Assembly: GCA_004022145.1 (NCBI GenBank)
Contig: RCNU01000012.1
DNA length: 64,000 nt
Direction: 5' to 3' (one strand)
Source of the DNA: Paecilomyces variotii
Taxonomy: Eukaryota
In this document: one piece after another, positions 1 to 14,419 of the stretch
Numbering within the stretch: position 1 is the stretch's first letter
Layout: the number at the start of each line of letters is the position of its first letter
Notes under the pieces: model-generated
The model's input: the letters and a program-made list of their open reading frames with translations, nothing else
What the model was told of the DNA's origin: nothing
The model's database searches: none
Translations under genes and position numbers: made by a program

Positions 1-1344
1 CGCCTCGTCATAGATGGGGACAGTCTAGAATCATAATGTTAATTAAATATTTGCTCATATGTGTCGCGATCGGACAGATTTGGTATCGTCAGCTAAGTAG
101 TAGCTCACGATCAGGCAGATCATTACAGACGCGCATCCGATAATAATATTCTGCCCCGGCAATCATTACTTGTAGATCGGGACTCTGGACCGAACCGCGA
201 TGACTTCTTGTAGAGACGCTGTCAAGGCTCACTGTGTATTCTCTCGTGAACGATGTAATAATAATACCTAGATAATAATCCAGACTAGAGTTGACTCGAT
301 CAACCCCCTCGAACCCCAGCACTAACGGCTCGGCTCGCTGTATCCCTATTCTACCAGTCAGAGGGTCGGACAAAGCACTCCAGCAGTCGGCCCTGGACCT
401 TGCTGCACTGCTGCAGAACATCTAAATGAATACAATGTCCTCTTCACTTTCCTGTCCCTGCATACTACTTACTGTTCTTCAGACGCCATCCGACGTGATT
501 CTCAACCCCCGCGACTATCTACACGTGCTGGCAGCGGCAATCGGTCTCTCACGCCCGCGCTCAAACAACCAGTGTCAGAGAGCACTCTCCGCAACGGACA
601 TTTCGACAAGCACATCATACTACGAGCCGCATTATTCCTCGAACTCGAACGGCCTCAAAGGTCGACGATCTTGACATCAGCTTGAACGCACCGGTGTCGC
701 ACTGTTCAGGGTCCTATAATATCAAAACAGGCATCGAGTGTCTAAGCTTCTTACCTCCTTTGTCGGAGAAATCCACAAGTTTCCGCACTTCATTCCTTTT
801 TTGTCGCAACTCGAGGAAGACATCCGGTGATCGAATCCCAGTTAAGCCATTTCTAACTGTCGAAGACACGGACGGTCAGGGGAAGCAAGACAGCCTCGTG
901 GGACTGGATCAGATCAAGTGGGTAGATCGATAGTGAACGCCAAACACGGTATCGCACTAGAACTGAAGCCATCCCGACAGCCCAAAACGGGGGCTGTCCT
1001 ACCTGGGACAGGCCTCAGGTGCGCCTGTTTAATAGTCAACGATACCTCCGCGCCATAAAATTTTCTTGGGTGGTCGTCAGGTTTGCCGGACAGCCCTCAG
1101 ACCCTTCGATTCCGTGGCACTCGCCGTCTGTCGTTCTCTTGGAGAGTCGTCGACTCATCAGCATCTGGGGAATCTCTCAGAGTCACTGTTCCACCAGAAG
1201 CCTCTGTACCAGAGCGCGACTTTCGTTTCTCTTCTAGTTCTCGTTCATCGCTGGTCGACGATCGGATATTTGAAACCCTTCTTTCTTCTCTTCTTTTTCT
1301 AATACGATACCTTTTCTCGTCTGTACACTTCATCGGTATTCAAC

Positions 1345-3146
1345 ATGGGGAGCTTCTTCACTGGTTATCTTGCGCCATCCAAACTTCTTTTCTACTTTCT
1401 CTTCCATGGTCTTCATCTGGCCTTATTTGCTGTAGGATGGTAAGTATCTGCTCTAAGTTGATACTCTGTTTCTTCACTGACAATTTTGCAGGTATCTACA
1501 GGAGACAAGTAAGAAGTTGACCCTTCTTAATCTATTAAACTTTTCAGTATGGATATCTCGTGGCGCCGGACTGGCCTTATCGGTTGATGGGACCCTGATC
1601 CTTCTCCCTATGTGCCGGACGCTGTTGAGAATTGTGCGACCGAAGATAAAGTGGCTACCGTTGGATGAGTCTATCTGGTTTCATCGACAAGTAGCCTACT
1701 CGCTGCTCTTCTGGACAATTGTTCATGCTTGCGGCCACTATGTCAAGTGAGACCTCCACGACAGAAAGATTAAGAGAGATTCTTGCTGACAATCCATAGC
1801 TTCTTCAACGTGGAGAAGACCCAAGTCCGTCCAAACCTAGCTGTCCAAATCCATTATGCCGAGGCTGGTGGGGTGACTGGCCATATTATGATGCTTTGCA
1901 TGCTTCTCATGTACACGACAGCCCATGCAAAGATTAGGCAGCAATCTTTCGAGACATTCTGGTACACTCATCACTTATTTATCCCGTTTATGCTTGGTCT
2001 CTATACCCACGCGACGGGTTGTTTCGTCCGTGATACCGCGCAGCCATTTTCTCCATTCGCCGGCGCAGCCTTCTGGGACCACTGCCTGGGTTATGAGGGT
2101 TGGAGATGGGAGCTCTTCGCAGGCGGCTTCTACCTGATCGAACGCTTGTATCGCGAAGTGAGGGCCAGACGAGAGACTGTGATAACTAAGGTCATCAAAC
2201 ATCCGTACGGTACGTTTGTAGAAGACATGTTTAATATTCATTGTCTAACAATAGTATAGATGCCATGGAGATTCAGTTCAGGAAGCCCAGTTTCAAGTAC
2301 AAGGCTGGCCAGTGGCTTTTCCTCCAGGTTCCGGAGGTGTCTACTATGCAGTGGCACCCTTTTACGATTACGTCTTGTCCATTCGACCCGTATGTCAGTG
2401 TCCACATCCGTCAAGTTGGAGACTTCACTCGTGCGCTTGGTGATGCCCTGGGTTGCGGTCCCGCTCAAGCCAAGGAATTAGACGGTCTGGATCCCATGGG
2501 TATGTACGAGATTGCTATGCAGAATGGACAGAAGATGCCCAGTCTCCGTATCGATGGGCCCTACGGAGCACCAGCTGAGGATGTCTTTGATAACGAAATT
2601 GCCGTCTTGATTGGAACCGGTATCGGTGTCACGCCATGGGCATCGATTCTCAAGAACATTTGGCATTTGCGAAACAGCCCCAACCCGCCAAAGCGTCTGC
2701 GTCGCGTGGAATTCATCTGGATCTGCAAAGACACTACCTCGTTTGAGTGGTTCCAAGCTTTGCTATCCTCCCTCGAAGCGCAATCACAACAGGCAGCTAC
2801 GAAACAGGGTGGCGAATTCCTTCGCATTCACACATACCTTACCCAGCGGTTGGATCAGGATACGGCCGCCAACATTTATCTGAACTCAGTCGGTCAGGAT
2901 ATCGACCCTCTAACAGAACTGAGGAGTCGAACTAGTTTTGGTCGTCCTGACTTCAAGCGTCTGTTTGGAGCGATGCGCGATGGTCTCGTCGATCAAACAT
3001 ACATGTCCGGCCTGGAGGGTAACATAACGACAAAGGTGGGAGTGTATTTCTGCGGTCCCAATGTTGCTGCCAGACAGATCAAGTCTGCTGCCAAGGAGGC
3101 TTCGACGAGAGAGGTCAAGTTCAAGTTCTGGAAAGAGCACTTCTGA
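1345..3146 (+). CDS. noxA: NADPH oxidase catalytic subunit (gp91phox-like, NoxA/Nox1); 4 exons (~1345-1439, 1492-1746, 1800-2209, 2260-3146)
   Basis: Ferric-reductase TM region (SRGAG, WFHR, FWYTHHLF), FAD motif QWHPFT, NADPH motifs DGPYG, GTGIGVTP and VYFCGP, and C-terminal FWKEHF. No N-terminal extension, as in NoxA. Introns read with GT..AG ends. Confidence 0.95.
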
Positions 3147-4381
3147 ACTCGCCTATCATCTCTTACTCAGTTGCAGGACAGTTGCTTTTTGGGTTCCTCC
3201 CTGCGCCAAACTTCAGTACTTGCGCGACTTGTGGGGAGTACATCCTCACTGATATGTATATCGTGCAGTGGAGATGTTGATTGTCCATCGTTGATTCTGT
3301 GGTGAGCTCACATAGCTCTGTCCAGCTACTTATGTACCTATTTTATTTGATCTATATGCTTATGACAGCGACACCTGGATGCTTTATCCATCTATTACGA
3401 ATGAACCATCATTCAATTATTTCCCATGTATCTTCTAGCCCCTGTTTTCGAATGCTGATCCCTTGCGTAGTATGTACTCCATATCTTTTTAACTCATGAA
3501 ATAAAATCCTCATCTTTCATTATTTCTCGATATTTGGACCATAGTTACTCTTCAGTATCCTTAAACGACCATATCAGACCTCATTAACAATCACAAAGAA
3601 ACCCCCTAGCAACTAGCTAACGTGAAAGTCTTCATTGCGAAGGAAACTTCCGTGGACTGGAAACACCGAGAATATTTTAACTAATGAAGATACTCTATTG
3701 AAACCAGGTATACATTTTATATCGGATGAACACGTATAACGGTCCTGAAAGTGAAATGATTCTATACGAGCATAAGTACCCACTCTACTTCACTGCAGAT
3801 AGCATCATCAGGAGCCCTGGAGTTCGACAGCGTTTCCCTCTATCAGCAAGAGGATATCTTTAGATGTTAGTCCAACAGATCAAGAGACGCTAAGTATGCA
3901 GTGTCTAAGTGGACTCTATATATACAACCAACGTTGGGATCATATTTGCACTAATCGTTGAAACAGCAGCTTCCATTAATTCAGCCACGATTTCCAAGGC
4001 AGCTGTTTTACAGTAGAAGTAGTCATAGTCAAGTTCAACACCACATACCGGATGAATATCCCGGGATCGACCCAATCTATGTATTATTCCTCCGTACCTA
4101 GTTAGCCGCATACAAAAAACCTCTAGCCTAGATAATTAAAAGCGATGATTACCTAGCTCATACCCAAACGGTCCACCATCCCGAAACGGATACGACATCG
4201 ATTAATTTCCAAACTAGGAGCTAGTCTAGTCTACTCTGAAACTCGATACTCCCTACCTCTAACTATCCGTGTAAGTTATTCCGTATGGCTTGCTTCAGTC
4301 CAATCCGAGTAAATAAGAGAACTCCTGAAAACGCCACATCTCCATGCTTCTTTGGGCAGATTTGTTTTGGAACGTGCCGTC

Positions 4382-4383
<2 letters not shown>

Positions 4384-4412
<29 letters not shown>

Positions 4413-4413
4413 G
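4384..4413. repeat. poly-G homopolymer (30 G)
   Basis: Uninterrupted G run, seen directly. Confidence 0.9.
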
Positions 4414-4760
4414 CTATTGTCTTTGTTCCGGGATCCGTGTTGAGGAAGTGGTGTGGTTGTCGAGTTCGGTATGGTACCTATGCGGTGACCCGTCGTCGTG
4501 TGTGTATTTTGTATTTTTGTGTGATCAGGTCTCTCTTTATACGGTATGTGTTAGTACTGTTTGGGATGGGGATAGTATGGCCGTAGATGACGGATCTGTG
4601 CAGATTGTGGTATCTGAATCGCGTAAAAAGTGCTACTCGATAGTGTTTTGAATCCATCCGTGCTTTTGGGAGATGCTGCTGAAGGTGTTTGTTAGGTTTA
4701 GTAACGCCAAGTAATGGCGCATGATCACACATAGATGCCATTTACTCCAGTTTACATTCG

Positions 4761-7700
4761 CTACATAATGTCCTGCTCACTATCTGGGTCCTCTGGCATG
4801 TTGATAGGATCGGTGTTCATCCCCTGCTGTCCCTGCATCGTCCTCTTCTGTTCCATCTGATCTTCTATATCCTCCAGTACATCTTCGATGTCGACATGAA
4901 GGCGCAATTCCTTCTCCACAAGGACGTTATACACGCGGCGTAATTCCTCGAAAGACATTCCTTCCTCCGTGGGTTTCTGCGTAGGGGCTGAATCTTGTTT
5001 CTTTTGCTCCTTGATGAGATCTGCGCGAAGATGGCTGAAGGCGAGCATGAGTATCTGCTTTGACCAGGGACAGGCACGCATAGCGCGAAAGAAAATATCC
5101 TTTGCACGAGCAATATGTCCTCTGGAAAGTTCGAAGAGGATGTAGAGCTTCCAAAGAGAGATATTCGAGTGAGAAGAGGAAGGATCATGGATGGGACTGC
5201 TGCTCGAGGTCCCGGACCTTAGAGTCGGGTCGCTGATCGCCTTTTCAAAGGCTGCTCGCACAGAATGAATCGTGGAGCCTGAGAAAACAGGTCGATGGAG
5301 CTCTGCGTAGACGGCAAAGAAGTGAGATGTCACTGGAACGGCCTGCTTATTTAACTGGCTTTGCCCCTTTCGTCCCTGTGCAGTGATTTCATGAATCACG
5401 TCTCTAACCCGTTCTTCGATACGGAACCGTGACTCGTTCCAGGCGAAGAGGTTGAGGAATATGGTATTGTGTGGAAATAGGGAGATACTTTCTAATAGTA
5501 ACCCTCGAATCTGCGATGGCTTGTATGCTCTGCGTGATCTGGTGTGATAATAAAGGAGCTTTGCTCGCATCTGGTGTAGCAACTCGGTTGCAAATGAGAC
5601 GAAAGAAGTCGCCTGTGGTGGCAGCTTTCCCAGGCGTTCAAAAGCTGTGCTGAATATTGTGATGGCATCGTCAATGCTCAAATCGTATGAAAGATACTTA
5701 AGAATTGCCAAGCATTCGGTGTAGGCCACGAAAACCTCGGCATTTCGCATGGCCAGGGCCTGCTCTTGGCCTTCGGAGAGAGACTGCACGGGCACATTAA
5801 TATGTGGGATAGCAAAAAAGAAGAAAGAAAATAGACAAACAACGACATACCCTTTGTGTTTTCAGGAACTCCGCGGGACTGATCACCATGCGTTCTTCAG
5901 ATGCGGACAAATTGGAGACGCTGATGGCGTTCTGGGGAATAGACAAGAGCAACCTGATTGCTTTGTTTACTTCCGCGCCATGTAGACACTCCCAAATCCA
6001 TGTGCGCCAGAGCAGGGCACAACTGAGTTTTTCTGTGTCCGAGAAATCTCTACTCATCGAAAGAGTCGTCATCCAGACTTTCTCGGCAGTTACAGCGTTT
6101 CCAGATCGCAGCTCGATCAGCCCGTAGGCGTTGTAAAGTCGCACATTCGACGGCGATCGTTTGAGGAGAGACTTTGCATATTTCCTTGCTTCCTTGAAAT
6201 CGAATGCGTATTCTAAAGCAAGAGAGTATTGAGGAAGAAGATCATGTCCCGGGGTTGCATCTACTAAACCTCGAATTGTCCGTCGAACCCAGTCAGGATC
6301 CAGATTGGCCTTACCGTGGAGGACTGTGTCTCGCCAGAGCTTTAGAGAGTCAAACCACGAGTCTTTATCCGAGAGAAGCGTATCCAAAGTATGCACATAG
6401 TTGCCCGGGATAGATGATGATGGCCATATCATTGGATTATCATTAGCAGAAGAATCGCATAGCCACTCATCCAACGTAGGGCCTGATATATCGACAAGCT
6501 CATTCCGCAAGAACGCATCCCCGCACCAGTGCCTGCATACTTCTGTGTTTTCTGTCGTTGATATCGCTGGAAGGGAGCAGAAGTGCACAAAAGCGTCGAT
6601 CAACACCTCTCTAGATGCTAGGTTCCAGAAGAGTGTCAGAAAGTCCTGCAGGTCCGAGAATAGAACTACCCTGTACGGGTCGTCCTCCTCGAACTCATCA
6701 AGCACGCGGGCTGGTAAACGAGCATTCATCTCCCGATCCTTTTCACACTCAAGCCACGAACCAAATACGCGTTTCCGATGGATTCGAGAATTTGCAATGG
6801 TTGACTGAGGCTGGACGCCTGTACTGTTACCGCTTTTCCAACCTTTCGCTCCCAGTTCTCCGATTCGCGCGACTTCTGATTCCCAGAACTCCATGAAAGA
6901 TGATAGTGCCGCTTGGAGGTCGTCACTCCCGTTGAAGACTTCCGGTCTGAAGAATACAAACTCCAATATTGCCTGCCAGAGACCGACAGCATGTTCTGCA
7001 AATCCGGATTGACGCATGAAAACAGCCATACGGAGAAACAAATAGGTCTGGATTCTGGCCTTCTCAGGGTTATCGAGACTGGAGGAATTGAGTTTCATAC
7101 ACTCGAGAAAAGTCCCTTTACATTTGTCATATGTAAAATCCAAGAACTCTGTTTGGCGAAAGTCCAGATATTTAACCCAAAGGCTTATATAGCCTGGATT
7201 TGCTTTCAACACGGAATGCCACTGTGTTGAAAGCTTCTTCGTATCCCACAGCTTTCTTCCCTCTTCAAGAAAGCCCAGGAGCAGGCGGTCTTTCAACGGG
7301 TTGCGACCGACGCGCCTCAGAGCTTTGTCATACAGTGACAATTTTATATCAGCCAAGCTTCTTTGCTCAGCGTAACTAAGTGTTCGAGCATCACGTCCAA
7401 CCCCGGCGAGGAGAGCATCTTGGTGATTGATCAATCGAAGCCATGCGTCAACATCGTCCGGATGGTCTTCCACAGTCCTGGACAATTGGATATTGTGTTG
7501 CTTTATTTCTTCGTCTGGGTCAATCCGCCTCCCTTCCTCTCCACTGTCTGAGTCCGACGCCTCCTCCAGGTCACTCGGAAGATCTTTACCCGGTTTTGCT
7601 TTGCCTTCAATGGACCGGTACGCATATCTATCACTTTCTTCTGAATCTGAAGTACCGAGTATCTTCCTTCGCTTTCGGCTCCCACTGGAGCTCAACGGCA

Positions 7701-8400
7701 AGAAGTCTCTTGTGGCCTCTGTCGGGTCTGCTTCCTTAAGCCGGCGTATCCGTAGCAGTCGAGGTTGCTGTCGATTCAACTTGGACAATGTAGACCTAAT
7801 CTTAGATCTCGACGAATCTCCGCGCAGCGTATCTGCAGTTATAACCAATGCAGCCCCATCTGCGGCGTCACGATCAATTTTATAGCTGGGTGGCAGACCC
7901 AGTACACTTCCTTGTCCAATACGATGGTACTGCGGGACGCTATAACGGTGCAGTGTGCCATATGTGATATTGTACCTATCACCCTTGCGATCCACCACAA
8001 AAAGATTAGAATCATCTTCTCCCTTTACGGAAACGTTCGCGCTAAGTAGAACGTCGTGATGATCGGAAGACGTATAGTCCTGTTTCCTGGAAGTTGGGCG
8101 GGGTTTTCCACGGTCAGGGCTTCGCTCTACCGATCGCGAGCGATGCCTATGGCTCCGGTGTCTCGATCGGTGTCTGGAAGGTTCATGATGCTCGCGTCTC
8201 CCAGAGACTGGCGACTCCCTCCTACGGTGTTCGCGTGTCTTGTCCGCTTCTGGTTTCGGTGCGGGCTTGGGTTTGAAGCTGGAAAACTTGGGGATCGGCT
8301 TCTTGTCCTACAGAAGTGAGATTAGTCCTATATCCGATTCAGCATGTAGTAAAAAACAAAAAAAAATAAAATAACGAACCTGGGAGCCCGCAGAATCCAT
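4761..8400 (-). CDS. NRDE-2 family (DUF1740/HAT-repeat) nuclear RNA-processing protein; exons ~8400-8380, 8307-5851, 5783-4761
   Basis: N-terminus MDSAGSQ/DKKPIPKFSSFKPK. Motifs D.KGDRYNITYGTLHRYSVPQY, FWESEVARIGE, DDPYRVVLFSD, RAMRACPWSK and EKELRLH match NRDE2/Nrl1 homologs as I recall them. Confidence 0.88.
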
Positions 8401-8695
8401 GCTCCTGGAATAAGAACAATACCATAATCTCGTAGTGGCAGCTTGCGATGCTCCGCGGCGGCGCGTTTACTCTAGTCCGGCTGCTCCACTGGAGCTCCGC
8501 GGATTCGGGAAAAATTTCCTTTCCGGTCCCGCAATTTTTTGGAAGTTCAAGACGCTTCAAAGTTCAAAGTCGATCAGCATCGACACATCTCACGGCAACA
8601 AAGAGCGTCCTGTTGATCTTTGATCCCTTGGAGGAAGGAAAGGGACAGGGATGGGTCGTTGTTCTTGAGCCTCTACGTCTATCCCACAAGTCAAC

Positions 8696-11600
8696 ATGGC
8701 TTCTTCCCTCGCCGCCCAGTTGTCGCAAATTGCGGCAAAGTCGACAAACCAGCTCGATTTGAAGGCGCAAAGAATTGCACATTCGCAGTCTCTGATATTC
8801 GAGAAGAAGATTGCAGGTTCGCAAGATTTCGACACAATCTACCACATATGCCACGAAGGCTTTCAGGAGCTATGTCTGTTGGACGCAAGGTTCGCGGAGT
8901 TTGGCCGCACCATCTTCAGCGAACAGAGCAAGAGTCAAGAACGCACTGAGATGACTGCTGCTCAAAACAAGGAGCTCGATGCGGTTCTGGAAGCGTTCCT
9001 GGCACTGGTCGGAAGCAAGCTTCTTCTCAGTCCGGCCATCAAGGCGGTTGACTGGCTAGTTAGGCGTTTTCGGTGCGACAAAATCTCACTTTCTATCTTC
9101 TTCATATTTTTTTTGCTGACAGTGACATAGGGTGCACGAGTATAATACTTCTAGCCTCATAATCACGTTCCTTCCGTATCACACTGCGCCCATTTTTCTG
9201 AATCTCCTGGTTATACTGCCCGAAAATCTCGGCCCGGCTTTCAAGGTCTTAGCACCTTACAGGAGGAGCCAGTTGAACCCGCCGCGCCATCCTCTTGTGC
9301 ACAGCGCAAAGACCAATCCATCGTTCTTCAATGCTATCAATACCTATGTTTTGCAGGCGAGCCGCCAAGGAGCCGGCCATCATGGTCTACTGGCCTTTTG
9401 GGCGGGGATCATAACGGAGGCGGTGGCCGGTATGCTGGATGCAACCAAATCTGGTCGCAAAGAAGTCGAGAGGCAGAAGCATGAAGACATTTTACTCCGC
9501 GTTCTTCCAGTGTTAAATGACGGGCTGTCGATACGAGAAGCCCCGGAACTAATTATCGGGTGCTATATGCTCTGCGTCGTTCTGGCACAGAACTCGACTC
9601 TTAGTGATACAACCCTCAACGGTCTGATGGAAGCCGTGGTCGAGTCATGGAACCAAGACACACTGGGATCCGGTCTAATCTGCTTGTCTGTCCTTGCACA
9701 GAAAAAGAACGATGCCACTCTGCCGCGAAGAGTTGTGAAAGCTATTCTTCGCATCGAAAACGGAGTTAACAAGCTAGCGGAAATAACTACACCATATCCC
9801 ACATCTCAACTCCTACTTGGTATAATTTCGAAATGTGTTGAAGGCCTCGACAAACAAAGAGACGCATCGCGACTGGATTTCGTGTATAGCATATTCGAGC
9901 ATGAGCTCTTGAAGGGTGATACTGCCAGCACGGCTCTGGGTATGATTCTTCAGGCGGCAAGTGATGCGGTAAAGACGGGAGGAATACAGCTAGAGATAGA
10001 GTCGCGTTTCTCGGACCTCATTGAGCGAGTTAAAGAATCGCAATCACTTCGACCTCTTCTCGAGGGCGCTATTGAGAAGTCATCTGTCGACATCCCGCAG
10101 TTACAACTCCAGATGCAGACGCTCATTCAGGATGAACTTCCTCCTGCTCCTGATGGGGATGTGGATATGCAGGATGCCGATAAGCCAGAGGAAGCGGGTT
10201 CCTTCGAAAAAGCTATCGAGTCCCTTGCTACCGAGAAGCCAACCGGATCATCTTTCCTAGGCCGTCAGCCAGCGGATCTATTTGACGGCCTTGTTCAGCT
10301 GTTTGCTTCGACCGTGGGTTCAACTGAGAAACTAGACAAGTTTACCAGTCTACCTGTACTAGGTAGATCCGATGCCACGAGGAAGCCATCTTTCCTGACT
10401 TTCTTTGTGAGAGTATTATCCGGGCCATATCCAATTGGTACGCGGGTTGCTGCACTCAAGGCAGTGGAGTCTTTCCTCTCTTCTGCTACGGCGTCTGAAT
10501 GTGACTTCCAAGTCTTGCTTCCCTATTTTATCGCAGCTCTAGCCGATCATTCGGAGAGAATTCGCCGTGAGACGGCGAATGCCTTAACTGCGCTGTCAAG
10601 CATCTACAAGAAAGGAAAGAAAAACGACAGCGATGAGCAAAAGCCATGGGCCCATGACACTTTCTATGCATCTGAGGGACGATCGAATGACATCAAATGG
10701 CTTTCGAGCAGCGACGTTCGCAAGGTTATGGACCGTGTATTGCTGCCAGGTCTGGAGGAGTATTCCTTGGACCCGAGCCATATCAGCAGAGTCTTGGAGA
10801 GTGCTCTGAAAGGGCTATCCGTGCCTGACAGCTCTTCATCGACGGGCAGTGCTGAACTCAAGAAGTCTCTTCGGCTTAGTCTCTTCACTTTCCTGTGCTC
10901 GCATATCGTTCGGACGCCCCTGTTCACTATCAAGCTTCGCCTCCTGAAAGTCATTAATCGTGTTGACAAGGCTGGTGGAACAACACGCACCAAAGAACTC
11001 ATGCCGCTTCTTGAGGCATGGCGCAAATTGGGCCAGGACGAGATACACGCAATCTGTGGTAAAGAGCACATATCCGCTTCTGAGCTTGAGTCAGAGGTTA
11101 TCGCTGTTGTGACGCCCAAGGATAAGGAGGCTATCGATATCCTGCTGACCAATGTCTCTGGAAACCCTCAATCACTCAGAGAGTCTTTCGTTACAGCTGT
11201 CTTTAATCGCATTCGGGATGTCTGGGCCTCCGTCTCTGAAGAGAGGCAGCTTGATGCTTCAGAGAAACTGCTTGACATCTCCCTGGGCATTTCTGACGCC
11301 TTCAGTTCAATGGAAAGCTACAGTCGTGAAGTCCTCCGCAGCGTGCATCTTCCCGGTCCGGCTTTGCTCCGATTCCTCGACAAAATACCGGCGTCAATCA
11401 CTGATATAGAGTCGAACGCTCCAGCATCGAAGAGAAGGCGCACGAGTCAAAACAACATGGTTGCAATGAGTGTTAGGGACGAAGCGGAATTGAACAGGCT
11501 TATGGACAAGATGACTTTCATCTTAGAACTCGTTGACAACTCGGCGCCTGAAAATCACCCAGAGCTAGCCGATGGCCTGTTCCAGACCCTCGCTTCTCTC

Positions 11601-14419
11601 CATCTGTTGAAGTCTCAGGTCCAATCTGGCTTGAGCTATCTCCTCAGCTTAGCTCTTGGCAGTCTATTGAACATTGTCAATAAGGCGAAGGTATGTTGTA
11701 CGCTATATCTTTGTCCCGTTAGTCATTCTAACATTTATCCAAGGTCTCGAAGTCTGCGTTCGACACTTCAGTCATCCGTGCTGACTTGGTCATCGACTGT
11801 GTTCGCACAACAGAGAGCCCGCAAGTGCAGAACACTGCACTGCTTCTTGTGGCTGGTCTGTCAGTTGTCGCACCCGAACTGGTGCTGCATAGTGTGATGC
11901 CGATTTTCACGTTTATGGGATCCAGTGTCTTGAGGAAGGATGACGAGTACTCTGTTTCAGTCATAGACCAGACGATCGACCAGGTCGTGCCCGCCCTCAT
12001 CCAGTCTCTCCGTAATCAGAAGCGGGATGTCGTTTCCGGGACGTCAGAACTACTTCTCAGTTTCACGGCTGCATTCGAGCATATTCCATCCCACCGTCGC
12101 CTCCGTCTTTTCCAGGCGTTGATTACAAAACTCGGAACTCAAGACTTCCTATTCGCCGTGCTAGCAATGCTCGCTAATCGATACGCCATGAACAAAGATG
12201 TATTGAGTCTCATGGCTGGGCTGACATCGACCACAGACTCCAGACTGCAACTTATTGTAAGTTTTTATGCTTCCCCCCATTAATTTGTGTGGATAAGCCC
12301 TAACCATAAAGTAGACATACGCGAAGTATCTGGATCTTGTCAGTGACTCTCTCAAACCCAAGCCTGGTATCTCGCAAGTGCTACTTGGCGTTGGCGGAGA
12401 AGATGGGCGCGATCCGCAGAAGGTTGCTGTCGACTTACTGCGCGCTTTGGCCCATCTATTGAAGCATTCATCTCTTCAGCCAAAGATGTCCGAGACATTT
12501 AACTCTGGCAACGAGAAGCTGTCTGCGGAAGTTCAAACGCTGTTCGCTCATATCCTTGAGCGGGTTTTGACGATAGGGGAAGCTGTGCAGACTATGAAGC
12601 CTGTCAGCTTGGCATGCGGCGATGTCCTCGGATCATTGCTGGGAACATTGTCTCTCGTCGATTTCCTCGACACTATCGAGGCATTACTACAGCGCCCGAA
12701 CGATGAACTCCGGCGTAAAGTCCTGCGCCTCTTGGAAGCTCGCCTCAGGCAGACCCCCGAACGCGAAAGTGTCTGTCAAAATCGAACGTTGCAGTTCCTT
12801 TCTGTCTTGGTTCACATCATCGAATCCTCGCCTGACATCCTTCTTAAGCATGCTGCGGTTGCTTGCATCGATCGTATCAGCGACATCTATGGTAAGAAGG
12901 ACCCCTCAAAGGTCGTGCATGCGGCGAAGGTTGTTGCTAGTGAGCGGTGTATTGGTGAGACTGATGACCGCATTCGTGTCATGGGTATTCTCTGTCTGGC
13001 TTCGATGGCTGAAGTTCTCGGCGAGGCGATCATTCCCGCTCTGCCCGAAGCTTTGGCTCGTTCGTTCAGTCTACTTGAGATCAGCTTGGAGCGTGGCAAC
13101 ATAAACCCTAAATTGCACGATGCGGTCTTCTCCCTGATCTCGGCACTCTTTATCCAGGTCCCTTTCATGATCTCGGGTGACCATCTCGATAACATTCTGC
13201 GTCTTTCGTTCAAATCTGCGGCGTCTGATCTTCACGAAGAGAGCGACGAAAGCCGCCGGGAAAGCTTGAGATTGTTGGCAAGAAAGGTCGACGTCAAAGA
13301 AAGCTTCGGCGCCGTCGAACGCAATTGGTCTGTTGCTGTGGCCGCTGGGTCTACTGCGGCAAATGAAGCTCTTGAGGTTGTTAGCACGGCCATTGAGAAG
13401 CATCCCAAGGCAGCTACTGTGAAGAATGTAAATTCCCTGGTGAATCTGCTCCAGAAGGCGCTGGACTTGCGTCGCGAGCAGCTAGTTGCGGGCTCGGCGT
13501 CACGTTACGATATCCAGGATCTCGAGGAAGTCGAGGAGACGGTCAATGAAGTCGCCATCAAGATGATCTACAAGCTTAATGATACCACATTCCGACCACT
13601 ATTTGTCAAGTTGACGGAATGGGCAACGAGTGGTCTACCAAAGAAGGATTCCTTAGGCAGAACGATGCGGCTTACAACATTCTACAAATTCCTCCAGCAC
13701 TTCTTTGGGACCCTCAAGGTATGTGTCAACACTGCGTCACGCGCATGCATAAATACTAACATCATTCTAGTCAATTGTTACCGGATACGCTAGCTACGTT
13801 ATCGATAACACAGTTGAGGTTCTGGGGAAGGCTAATCCGACGGACAAGAATTCCAAAGACCTCTGGCTTGCTACAGTTCGCATGCTGCGCCATGCTTTCG
13901 AGCATGATCAAGATGGTGGGTTTATTTTCCTTCCCTATAGGATTCTGTGATCTGTTCACGCTAACTTCCCAAACAGAGTTCTGGCAATCGCCCTCCCATC
14001 TTACTGCGATCTCCGGTCCTCTGATCTCGCAACTGGCTCATGCTACGAGCGCGTCGACTGCGGCTATTGTGATATCCGAGGCGGTCCCTGCTATCACTGA
14101 GCTAGCGGTTGCAGCGGATTCCCCCGACAACCATAAAGAACTCAATGCTTCCATCATGAAATTCCTGCGGCCATCTGCTAGCGGAACTTCAAAGGCTGCC
14201 GCGGGTGAGAATCCGCATACCCGAGTTGCCGCTCTGAAGGTCGAACGATCCCTCACTGAACGTCTTGGCGAGGAATGGCTCGCTCTCCTACCGGAGATGT
14301 TGCCTTTCATCAGTGAATTGATGGAAGACGAAGACGAGGCTGTCGAGAAGGAAGTCAGAAGATGGGTTCTGGAGATCGAGGATGTTCTCGGAGAGAAACT
14401 GGACGATATGTTGATGTAA
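8696..14419 (+). CDS. UTP10: U3 snoRNA-associated protein 10 (HEATR1/BAP28), 6 exons
   Basis: N-terminus MASSLAAQLSQIA, DWLVRRFR..HEYN, BP28CT-like KLNDTTFRPLF and C-terminal LLPEMLPFISELMEDEDE..LGEKL. ORFs join across short introns. Confidence 0.95.
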
